From Curvularia clavata (lineage: Eukaryota), in the NCBI GenBank assembly GCA_023920165.1, contig CP089278.1, forward strand, positions 1,116,001 to 1,180,000: DNA of 64,000 nucleotides. Reading direction: 5' to 3'. The position numbers and the translations under genes are program-made. The notes under the pieces were generated by a model that did no database searches, was not told the DNA's origin, and saw only the letters and a program-made list of their open reading frames with translations. Within the stretch, counting starts at the first letter, position 1. Every line of letters begins with the position of its first letter. Shown piece after piece: positions 1 through 10,098 of this stretch.

Positions 1-1935
1 GATGGTCGTTGTCCTTGAGAGTGGTGCAAGATCTTCATCCTCGTCCTGTGGTACGGCAAAGGTGACCTTCTTCTCCTTGGGCTCTTCGGGTACAGGTGGT
101 TGGATCTGATCCACTTCAGGGGCTACTACTACAACTGGCTTCTCTGGTGTGACATCCTCCGCATCTGGGACAGCCACTGGCTTCTCTTCGGCTGGCTTGA
201 CTTCAGGCTCTGGAGAAGCATGGAATGGAGGAAGAGGCTGCTTGGTCTTGTTGCCTGCCTGAACCAGTTGCTTCAGGTAGCTCAGGCAAGACTCGGCCAT
301 TGTGGGCTTGACAGAAGCTCCAAGACCACCAAAGAGGCAGATGGCAACCACAATGTACAGATAGACATTGACAGACCGTCCGACGACTTCGGTCTGAGGG
401 GGTACATCAATGGTTGGAGGCTGGTGGTGTTCCCTTGGGGATGTTTCTGGAGGATTTGAAATGACCTGATCGTTTACATTGTCGTAGGTCGGTGCGGGGA
501 TGCCCACTAGTTGAGTGGGCAAGTTTGGAACTTTGTAGTCGAGTCTGTGGACGCCAATCAGACTCTTTTTGTCTGGCAGGGCATAGGGAGCATCCCAATC
601 GTATGCCACCTGATTTTGCTTGTAGCAGCTCGCGTCTGGAGCGCCGTCGGTCACGGCAGGATAGTGAACTTCGGACAGTGCATACCACGCCCCAGAGTTA
701 GTTGTGTTGAGGAGGACGTGGTTGGCTTTGTCCTCTGAAAATTGTGGCCCCGCAGGCTGGGGTAGAAGAACCAGGGGAGGGTCGGAGGACTGGTCGTTCA
801 AGGGCCGGGCAACATCAAAAACGCGTGCAACTGGGAAGGGCAGATTTTTTCGGTACAGCGGACGCTGGTGCGACCTCGGACGCTTGTAGTCAAAAGCAAT
901 AACTTCACCGTTGTACAGGGTGTAGATGTATTGCTTGTCTAGGGTCTGGTCGTACTGGGACTGCAAGTCTCTGTCTCGACTGTTGGGATTCCACTCTGCA
1001 TATTTGAGTGTGCAGATGTGCTCATTTGTCTTCTTGTTATGAATTGTGATTGTGTATTGTGTCTGGCCAATGTCGATGACGCCGCGGCAATCACGTTCTC
1101 TAGCGGTAAAGTAATTCTTGGACTCGGGAGCACAACTGTCGTCATGGGGAAAGGAGCCGCCGGGACTGAAGCTCTGCTTGACAATGCCTGAGGCGGCATC
1201 GACCAGAAGCATAAAAGTCTTCTTCTCGACATTGTAGACGACCGGAAGGTCCGGATCGTCGCTCGAATAGGGTGCATTCTCGGCCAATTGCTTGACCGTG
1301 ACGCCCAGGTGCTGGAGCTGGGGATAGGGGCCGGGGGAGAGGAGGTAGAGGGCTCCGTCTTCTCGCGGCTCGACGATCCAGACAAAAGGCTGGTCTTGGG
1401 GATCGACGGTGCCGCCGGACGAGTTGTAGATTGTCTCCAACATGGGGCGTCCGGTCAGCTCCCAAATCTCCTCTCCATTGTATCGGTCGCGGGCGTGTAT
1501 GTGGCCGTCGACGGTCGCCAAGAGCACAAAGTCCTCAACTTCCCAATCCTGCAGAGAGCGCGCACCGGGGACAAGGCCTCCCGAGGCTGCATATCTGGCG
1601 GGATCGGCTCTGACAGCACGAATGGCTGGAGCAGAAGGAACTCTGGTTGCTAGGGCGCGCACGTTGTGGCTGTTGGGGGACGAGTAGGGACGACGGCGGG
1701 GAGCGTCGACTAGCGCGTCGTTGTCGGCGGGCTTTGGGTGTTTGTGGCTGTGGTTGGGGATGGGGTTAGGGGGCACGATATTTGGGTGCTCTGGCTGGAC
1801 GGCCGGGCGGACATGATGGGCGAGGCGTGGTGGTGATGGCTGCTGCTGCTGAGCGACCACGAGTCCAGTGAGGAGCAGGAGGGCGAGGGTGGTGAGCGCC
1901 GAGCCAGCACCAGGCGGCCGGCGCGGACGCGGCAT
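1..1935 (-). CDS. IRE1: ER stress sensor kinase/RNase Ire1, N-terminal part (signal peptide, luminal domain, TM, linker); continues beyond the window start
   Basis: ATG at 1935 reads MPRPRRPPGAGSALTTLALLLLTGLVVAQQQQ (signal peptide), then the fungal Ire1 luminal motif ARSLQDWEVEDFVLLATVDGHIHARDRYNGEEIW and WIVEPREDGALY. A TM segment VNVYLYIVVAICLFGGLGA lies near 310-370. The frame is still in register at base 1, and it is absent from the ORF track because no stop occurs in the window. Confidence 0.9.
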   Translation of the reverse strand, partial: MPRPRRPPGAGSALTTLALLLLTGLVVAQQQQPSPPRLAHHVRPAVQPEHPNIVPPNPIPNHSHKHPKPADNDALVDAPRRRPYSSPNSHNVRALATRVPSAPAIRAVRADPARYAASGGLVPGARSLQDWEVEDFVLLATVDGHIHARDRYNGEEIWELTGRPMLETIYNSSGGTVDPQDQPFVWIVEPREDGALYLLSPGPYPQLQHLGVTVKQLAENAPYSSDDPDLPVVYNVEKKTFMLLVDAASGIVKQSFSPGGSFPHDDSCAPESKNYFTARERDCRGVIDIGQTQYTITIHNKKTNEHICTLKYAEWNPNSRDRDLQSQYDQTLDKQYIYTLYNGEVIAFDYKRPRSHQRPLYRKNLPFPVARVFDVARPLNDQSSDPPLVLLPQPAGPQFSEDKANHVLLNTTNSGAWYALSEVHYPAVTDGAPDASCYKQNQVAYDWDAPYALPDKKSLIGVHRLDYKVPNLPTQLVGIPAPTYDNVNDQVISNPPETSPREHHQPPTIDVPPQTEVVGRSVNVYLYIVVAICLFGGLGASVKPTMAESCLSYLKQLVQAGNKTKQPLPPFHASPEPEVKPAEEKPVAVPDAEDVTPEKPVVVVAPEVDQIQPPVPEEPKEKKVTFAVPQDEDEDLAPLSRTTTI

Positions 1936-2409
1936 TGCGTGTTTGTGGGGGGGATCAGTTGAGAGCCTGCGGCAGGCGGCGAGGGTGAGGGAGATGGAGC
2001 ATCCGCAAGCTGTGATGGAGGCGGACTGGGCAAGAGAAGAAAGGCAGAGGGTGCCTGTGGCAGCGAATTTGGGACGATATTAAGCCGTCGCGGGGGGACG
2101 GCCTGCAGCTGAGGTGCGTGTGCGTGTGCGTTCCAGTGCCCCAGCACGACGGGGGGGTCCAGTCGGGGCCTCGTCAGCCCACCCGTCACCTAACAGACTG
2201 GCCCATCTCGCTCGTTTCTGCTGCTGCCACTCCACGCAGGGACCGAAGGCGACGGGCCATCCCATTGCCACCTCCAGCCTCCCTTGGGGGCCAGCCCGCC
2301 CGCCAGCGTTGGCCGTGGCCGTGGGCTATACACAGACAGCATCTCGGACACCGTCGCAGTGGCGCAGTAGGCGAAGTGTACTTGCATGCGCCCACACACG
2401 CACCCCCCG

Positions 2410-2480
2410 CACCACCACCGCTACCAACACCACCACTACCCACTACCCACTACCACTACCACAACCACAACCACAACCAA
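2410..2480. repeat. Imperfect CCA/CTA/CAA-rich simple repeat upstream of IRE1
   Basis: Sequence includes accaccaccg...caccactacccactacccactaccactaccacaaccacaaccacaacc. Confidence 0.7.
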
Positions 2481-3054
2481 CACGCACCAGAGTCCGTAAG
2501 CCCCCTCCGTGCCTTGGAGCAGGTTTCAGCGCCTCTGTCGACTCAAGCTGCCGCCGCCCGTGACCCGTGACCTGTGACAGCCGTCTGACTTGTTTGCTGC
2601 ACCGCAATCCAGCAGTCCAAGGTTTGCCGTTTTGGTGCTTGCCAACGCCTTTACCGTCATGGCGAGACGCCGACTTGAAACACAGGTCAGCGCTCAGACC
2701 CCACCCACCCAGGCCTTTGCCGTCACGTGAGCGCCCCCCCCAGTGAAGCATCTAGAAACTCGCTGAATCGTGGTCCACCCACCGCAAAGTTACTTTGTAG
2801 TAGTATGCCCGCCTGCATCAAGTCCGACGCGCCCTGCTGCACTATGCATACTCCGATACACGTGTATGCAAAATGGGAAGGACCCGTATTACCTGCATCA
2901 CGCCTCGTGTCACGGTGCACGAAAACTTACATGCATGCATTCATTCAAGCTCGTGAGCGTGCTGCTGCATTCATCTCGGCCCGTCATATTGGTACTGTAC
3001 ACTCTATCTGGTGCCCGTGACTGCATTGCATCATTGCCTTTGGTTCCCTCGCCC

Positions 3055-4812
3055 TTACATGCGGTCGCGTCTTCGCGGCGCGCTTCGAATAATGTTATCC
3101 ACTCGCAGCAGCAACTGTCTTCGTTAGCACCAATCCTGTTCCTCTCGTGAATCTGGTTGCTTACCTCCGCGGCCTCCGACGCCGACGATACCACCGCCCG
3201 CTTTAGCTTGTAGCTCTCAATCACGCCCAGCTCCCTCATGTCTGCAATGCCTCCTCCCGGCGACAGCAGATCCAGACCCGAGCTCGTCAGGCCCGAGTAG
3301 ACGGCCTTCCGGAGTCGCGTCACCAGATCGCTCGAGTCGAAACCAGCATTGTCCGCCAGAATCGTCGGAAGCTGCTGGAGCGCCTTGGAAAATGACTCTA
3401 CTGCAATAGCCTTCTTGCCAGCCACGTTCTGTGCCGCCTCTGCTACCGCCTTGGCCATGTTCATCTCTGCGCACCCACCACCCAGTGTTGTCCGGGGCTC
3501 CTTGACAGTTTGTGACAGCACGGCAAGAGCATCGTGCAGCGATCGCTCGGCTTCATCCAAAAGCTGCTCGGTGGCACCACGCAGAACAATGGTGCAGGCC
3601 CGTCCCGCCTTGGTGCCCGAGAACTTGATCAGCACATCCTCTCCAATAATCACCTCCTCGACCAGATCGCAGTAACCAAGCTTGACGTTCTCGGGGTGGT
3701 CAAAAGTTGATGTAATCTCTCCTCCAGTGACCAGAGCCAGGCGCTCAATGCCGTCAAAGTCTGCGTGCTCAATCGAGCAGATGCCGGCATCCGCAAAGAG
3801 CTGCTCGGGCCAGTTGTAGATGAGCTGTCGGTTGACAAAGCAGTTGATGCCATGTGCCTTGATACGCTCTACCTTGGCCTTCATCTTCTCGCGCTCAGCC
3901 TTCTCAAGCTCAGCGAGCTTGCCCGTTGAATCCACCTTGACTCGTGCTCCAAAAATCTTGATCTTGTCTGTGTCCATGGCCGTGTTTGCCACAAGAATCT
4001 TGGCGTTCTCTATCCTCTTGGGCTGGTTGACACCAAACTTCTTGTCCAGAATAAATCCCTCGTCCAAGTATGAGTCCTTGAGCTTTCCTCCAGCCTTCTT
4101 GATAATCTGGATGTGTGTCAAGTCCGTCGAGCCCCCGAGCTTGAGGACAGCGTCTACGGCAAGCTTGGCAAACTGTGTGCGGTCTTGTGAGAGGACCTTG
4201 GAGCTGAGCGTTGTGCGGGCAATGGCCTCGAGGTCTTTCCTGAACTCCTGCTCGTCATTGCTGTGGTCCACGGCAATCTTCTCCAGCGCCTTCAGTGCCG
4301 CATGGCTTGCTATCCTGTATCCCTCGATGATAGTCTGGGGGTGGATCTTCTGATCAACCAGCTTCTCGGCCTCCCGCAGCAGTTCGGCGGCAAGGACTGT
4401 GACTGACGTGGTTCCGTCACCGACTTCGTCGTCTTGGACTTTTGAGATGTTGACCAGGACTTTTGCGGCGGCGTTGTCGAGAGCAATCGCTTTGAGAATC
4501 GTGGCACCGTCGTTTGTGACCATAATCTCTCCAGTGGAACTTTCCGCACATGTCAGTTGAGCCGTATACTGGGAGCGGGGCAAAATCCACACTTACGCAG
4601 ACTGCAATATCTTGTCCATGCCCTTGGGGCCCAATGTGCTCTTCACCAGGTCTCCAACTGCAATAGCTCCCACAAAAGCCGAGAGGCGCGCATTCTCGCC
4701 CTTCTCCTCCGTTACGTCTTCCGCAAAGATCTGAGTGGGGTTGGACTGCAGGACTTGTCAGCGACCACTGTGCTGTTATTGTTAAGTGAAGAAATTCGAC
4801 CACTCATACCAT
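3055..4812 (-). CDS. CCT2: T-complex protein 1 subunit beta (CCT/TRiC chaperonin); exons 4812-4810, 4745-4597, 4539-3165, 3114-3055
   Basis: Spliced product reads M-SNPTQIF...[29 protein letters not shown]...VTNDGATIL...GDGTTSV...[19 protein letters not shown]. Introns are GT-AG with CTRAC-like branch sites. Confidence 0.96.
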
Positions 4813-5114
4813 CTTGCTGTGATTTCTGGGCTACCAAAGAGGGGTATCTCAGAAGGTGTGGGGTTGTCGGCTGGGTGGTGCCTGGACGCGACTTTTTTCT
4901 AGTCTTGCCCGCGTTGGAGCTGTGTTTGCGGTGTTTGCGCGGAGCTTCCCCGGCCAATGGTTCCACCGGAGTCCGTGACCTCTTGAATGTCTCTCACTTT
5001 TGTTGCACAACACCAAACCACTAAGAAATCGCCAGAAATCTTGTCGCATAGCGCTGTAGAGTTGCATATTCCCTAGTCAAGTCACAACCAAGGTGCCACC
5101 ACAGCTCTGCAAAA

Positions 5115-6782
5115 ATGTCGAAGCGACCGGCCTCCGGGCCTCTCGAGGAAGTATACGACGCGCCATCGCCAGCGATGAAGCGTCCAAAAGTCGAGGATGA
5201 AGAGATGGAAGATTCTGAAACAAACGGCGCCACGGAAAATGGGCATCTCATGGCTCCCCGAGCGCAAGATCGAGACAGGATAGACATTGTAGGCGCAGAC
5301 GCGGAGGAGCACGAGGAGCTTCAAGAAGCTGGCGCATTAGACGACGAAGACGATGAGCCCGCAGTCGCCGCGCCGAGGCGACAGGCTGCCCCAGAAGCCG
5401 GATATACCGATCTATATCTCGACACAATAAATCGCAAAGTCCTAGACTTCGACTTCGAGAAGCTGTGTTCCGTCACGCTGTCGAACATTAACGTATACGC
5501 CTGCCTTGTATGCGGAAAATACTACCAAGGTCGAGGGCCAAAGTCGCAAGCATATTTCCATGCGCTGGAAGAGGGACACCACGTATACGTCAATATGGAG
5601 ACGAAGAAGGTCTACGTGCTACCAGAGGGCTATGAAGTGACCTCCAAGTCACTAGATGACATCAAGTTCGTCGTGGACCCGCGCATGAGCAAGGAGGAGG
5701 TTGCAAAGTTGGACAAGGAGCCCAAAGTCTCATGGGACCTATCCAATCGCGAGTACATACCTGGCTTTGTGGGCATGAATAACATCAAGGCAAACGACTA
5801 CTTCAATGTCGTAATACAAGCACTCTCACACGTGGTCCCGCTCCGCAACTACTTCATGCTTGAAGACCTATCGAAGCGGCCTCAACTCGCCCAGCGCTTC
5901 AGTACCCTCGTGCGGAAAATCTGGAATCCCCGAGCCTTCAAGACACACGTTTCGCCCCACGAACTCCTACAGGAAATTGCCCTACGCTCCTCAAAGCGCT
6001 TCACCCTGACAGATCAGTCCGACCCCGTAGACTTCCTGTCTTGGTTCCTCAACAACCTGCACCTTGCCGTCGGTGGCTCCCGCACAAAACCCAACAGCAG
6101 CATCATTCAAAAAGTCTTCCAAGGCACCTTAAAAATCGAACAACAAGAAATCACCGCGCGCGCCGACGCGGGCGATCGTCTCCGCTTCGAAGACGCCGCC
6201 GTACAGACAGAAATCACAAAATTCCTCGTCCTAACCCTCGACCTGCCCGCGGCCCCTCTCTTCCAAGATGCCATTGAGAAGAATATCATTCCACAAGTGC
6301 CCCTCGTCAACATCCTCTCCAAATACAACGGCGTGACTCCTCAAGAGAAATCAAAGAAGCGCGTGCGATACCGTCTCCTCCACCCACTTCCCCCTTACCT
6401 CCTCTTCAACATCAAGCGCTTCTCCAGAAATAAATTCGTTTCTGAGCGCAACCCAACTATTGTCACGTTCCCCGTGCACTCGCTCGACATGGCGCCCTAC
6501 GTTGAGCCTAACCCGGCGGAGTACCCGCCTGGAGAGCCCATCTGGTACGACCTTGTTGCCAACATCACGCACGAGGCGGTCAAGAAGAAGGATGATAGTG
6601 TCGAGGGCGAGCAGGAAAGCAAGATTTGGAGGGTACAGGTTAAGGACAGGGCGAGAGATGAGTGGTATGGGATTCAGGACTTGTTTGTCGAGAAGGAGAG
6701 GGCTGAGACGTTGTTTACCAAGGAGGCGTATCTTATGGTTTGGGAGAGGAGGAGGGGGCAAAAGGGGAAGGGGAAGGCGTAG
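5115..6782 (+). CDS. SAD1: U4/U6.U5 tri-snRNP protein Sad1/USP39 (ZnF-UBP plus inactive USP domain)
   Basis: Motifs LDFDFEKLCSVTLSNINVYACLVCGKYYQGRG and PGFVGMNNIKANDY (catalytic Cys replaced by Asp), plus KIWNPRAFKTHVSPHELLQ. Single exon. Confidence 0.95.
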   Translation: MSKRPASGPLEEVYDAPSPAMKRPKVEDEEMEDSETNGATENGHLMAPRAQDRDRIDIVGADAEEHEELQEAGALDDEDDEPAVAAPRRQAAPEAGYTDLYLDTINRKVLDFDFEKLCSVTLSNINVYACLVCGKYYQGRGPKSQAYFHALEEGHHVYVNMETKKVYVLPEGYEVTSKSLDDIKFVVDPRMSKEEVAKLDKEPKVSWDLSNREYIPGFVGMNNIKANDYFNVVIQALSHVVPLRNYFMLEDLSKRPQLAQRFSTLVRKIWNPRAFKTHVSPHELLQEIALRSSKRFTLTDQSDPVDFLSWFLNNLHLAVGGSRTKPNSSIIQKVFQGTLKIEQQEITARADAGDRLRFEDAAVQTEITKFLVLTLDLPAAPLFQDAIEKNIIPQVPLVNILSKYNGVTPQEKSKKRVRYRLLHPLPPYLLFNIKRFSRNKFVSERNPTIVTFPVHSLDMAPYVEPNPAEYPPGEPIWYDLVANITHEAVKKKDDSVEGEQESKIWRVQVKDRARDEWYGIQDLFVEKERAETLFTKEAYLMVWERRRGQKGKGKA

Positions 6783-7052
6783 GAGAGATGAAGGGATGTT
6801 TTTTCTAGCAGCACTTAGTATAGGAGAGGAGACATGGAGCGGCGATACCTCCTCCTTTTTGTTTTGCTGTGTAATGGATAGAGATGTGTTTGTTGTATGA
6901 TATGTACGCAGGAGACTTGAAAGGAACAAGTCAGTTGAATTCAAACAACATAATCATCAAAACAGTCGCATTCAAATGTCCACTCTACCATGGGATAAGT
7001 CTGAAAGAGGAAAAAAAAATGAACATGCATATTGTACTTATTCACATAGCAT

Positions 7053-9821
7053 CTACTCCACCATCACAACATCCCTCTCAAGCCCCATGCCCGCCGTCCC
7101 ATTCGTAATCGCCGCCACCCCACCCGCGACCTCATCCATCTCCCTCAGCGTAAAATCCAGTAGATAGCTCTCATCCACCAACTCCTCCACACGCTTATAG
7201 TGCCTTTCTGAGTACACTTTAATCGCGTCCAGGATATCCTTCAGACTGCCCTTTGCCGCAACCTTACCCTGTGGCCTGAGGGCCACAAGCCGCGACGCCG
7301 GATACGATTTAACCACTGTGTGCAGGATGCGCTGTGCAACGGGTGCAGTACGCACATTTGTATTCCAGTCGCGGAGGCGGAGGAGCAGCTTGTAGAGCTG
7401 TTCGTCGGCGAGGGAAGCGAGGACATCGTCGACGCTAGAGAGACCAGAGAGGGAATCTGGATCCGGGGAATCTGTTTCTACGACGGATTTGAAGAGAGAG
7501 AAGAGGCGGGCAGGCTGGTCCATTTGCAGGGCGAGCACAATGGCGTCGCGGTAGTTGCCGGCGTAGGCAAAGTTTTGCAGCTTTTGGTCCAGTTCGATGC
7601 GCTCTGTCTCGGCGGTTGTGGCGGCTTCGAGAGTTGTGCTAGTGGTGTCGCGCCAGAAGGTGATGACGCTGTCGCCGCCGCCGGAGACGAGGGCGCCGGT
7701 CTGCGGGTGGGAAACGAGAGCCCAGACGCGGTCGGTGTGGTTGTCGAGGGTGGACATGGCCTCGCCCGAGACGGAGTCCCAGATCTTGACCAGACCATCA
7801 CCGGCTGCCGAAGCGACTTGTGGTCCTCGTTTGTCTCGGGCGTCAACGGGGCGATAGGGAAGCCATGCGAGCTTCAGAACGCTGTTAGAGTGCCCCTCTA
7901 GGGTCAGGAGACAGCTGTAGTCTGCCAGACTCCAGATCTTGACCGTCTTGTCTCCGCTGCCAGTCGCAATCAAGCCTTTGTTGCCTGAGTTTGGAGACTG
8001 GGAGTCTTTGGGAGCAAATTTGACACTCCAAACACCACGACGATGACCTCGGAGGACACCAATAGCCTCTCCTTCGGCAGCCGAGTATATTTTGACTGTG
8101 CGGTCCTGCGAGGCTGAGGCAAAGAGAGTTCCAGAAGGATCAATATCGATTGCATTGATATCCTTATCGTGTGCTTTGCGGGTATACTTTGCACGTATCT
8201 TTCCTTTCATTTCCTTGGTGGTGTCCCATCGCTTGACGGTCCGGTCTTGTGATCCTGTTACAATGTATGCTGGAGGGTGTGATAGCGGGTCCGTGAATGC
8301 AGCTGACGATTCTTGGGGTACTATGTGCGGCAGCGCAATCGCCCCCAACGATTCAGCGTGACCAGTGAGGACTGCTGCACAGGTGTATGATCCGTTCTCG
8401 GGATCTAGTCGCCACAAGCGGGCTGTGTTATCTTTTGCACCTGTAACGAGCCAGTGTCCTGACCAGTCGACGTCTAGACAGATCACAATGTCTTCGTGGC
8501 CTTGTAGCAGCCCCACGTCTGCACCAAAGTATCTTCCCTCTGTCGCATCGTCTCCGTCTGACTCGTTCAGTGTGATGATCCGGATATCCTCAGAGTTGGT
8601 ATTCAACGCCAGCAGCGACTTGTCTCTGCCCACGTATGCCATGTCGATTACCTCGTCATGTGTTCCGGAGACACGTCGGAAAACTGGAAGAGGATCAATC
8701 GTTTCCTCTACAACTAGCGACTCGACTGGCTTAAGAGAGTGGAAGTTGAGCACCTGGTCGGCATGCACGGAGACTAGGTAGGGCAATGATGGGTAGTAGA
8801 GGATGTTGACAATCTCGTCTGTCTCTGTCCCCGGCTCTTGCTCTGATGTGAGCTCCCGTCCGCTCGACGTTGACCAAAGTCGTACGCAGCCGTTTTCTCC
8901 GCCAGAGTACAGAATCTTTCCATCTGCAATAAAACCAGCGCTCTCGATTCCCTCAAGCGCGGCAAAGGTCCTCTGGGGTTTCCATTTGTGCGAATCCCAC
9001 ACAATCAAAGTTTTGTCTCTGCTTCCAGAGAGAAGTAGCTTTTGCTGCGGCGAATATTGCAATGACCGAACAACAGAAACGTGCGAATCCAATACGGCCG
9101 CACTCTTCCTCTTGTGTAGATCCCATACTCTTACTTTGCCATCTTCAGCACCCGAGGCCAGTCGGAATTGTATTTGGCTCTCGCCGTGAGCTTGGTCCGC
9201 TTCTGCGCCTTCTTGCCTTGACTTCCTTTTCCTCTTCTTGTTGTTCTCAGATGCATCCTCACGCTCAGCCACCTCAACCTCGAAGAAATGGAGCGCCGAT
9301 ACAACTCCGCCGTGGCCATGGAAGGTGTGGGTGGTATAGCCGCCCCGAATATCCCAAACTTTGACAACACCATCTGCGCCTCCAGTTCCAAGCAGAGTTC
9401 CCGTGCGGTCTGTGGCCAGGGTAACCACAGGAGATGTGTGCGGCCGAAGGGTACGGACAAGCTCGAGCTCGATGGAATCGTCTCCGTTCTCAGTAGGGTT
9501 GAGGGAAAATAGGCGCATAGACAACGATCGCGAGCATACTATGAGATGCGACGCCGAGGGTGTTACTGGAGAGTGTTAGTGGCTGTCGCCTCTAGCAAAA
9601 GCGCATTACTTACACGTCAATGATGTGATTGCCTCTCCGTCACCTTCAACTCTTCCTAGCTCTTGCCCATTGGTAAGGTTGGTGATGAGGACATCTTCAC
9701 CCAAGCTAGCAGCCAGAATGCGCCCGTCCTCGCTCAATGCCAGGCTGCCTCCCGAGTAGATGGGCTGCAAGGTCCGATCGACCTCGTACGTAGTCTTGAC
9801 AGCAGTTCTTTGCGCCGCCAT
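7053..9821 (-). CDS. UTP13: U3 snoRNP/SSU processome WD40 protein Utp13 (TBL3); exons 9821-9614, 9565-7053
   Basis: Starts MAAQRTAVKTTYEVDRTLQPIYSGG, has many WD40 repeats (GH...WD), and a C-terminal Utp13 domain (LRDWNTN...YSERHYKRVEELVDESYLLDFTL). Intron GTAAGT...CTAAC...CAG. Confidence 0.94.
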
Positions 9822-9894
9822 GTTGTTGGTGTTGCGGGAACGGTAGGCGTCAAGACTCTGCGAGGTCGAGGACGATGTCGCGAAACTTTGGATG

Positions 9895-9915
9895 GGAAAA
9901 AAGTTTATCGATAAC
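9895..9915. promoter_or_regulatory. RRPE-like A/T tract plus TTATCGATAA palindrome in the UTP13 bidirectional promoter
   Basis: GGAAAAAAGTTT overlaps the perfect 10-bp palindrome TTATCGATAA (9905-9914), about 85 bp upstream of a ribosome-biogenesis gene. The function is inferred. Confidence 0.4.
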
Positions 9916-10098
9916 AGCCCGCTCGCAACCACGCGCTGACGTTTGGCGCAAGCGCGTCTGTGTCTCGACTACTCGGCCACCAACACAATGCTGACCTTGC
10001 ACCCACCACCCAACATGCTCATTAGACTGTACGCTGCAGAAGCGATCGTTGCATTTACTTGTTGCACCTAATAGAGACCAATCACATTTCTCCGCGCC

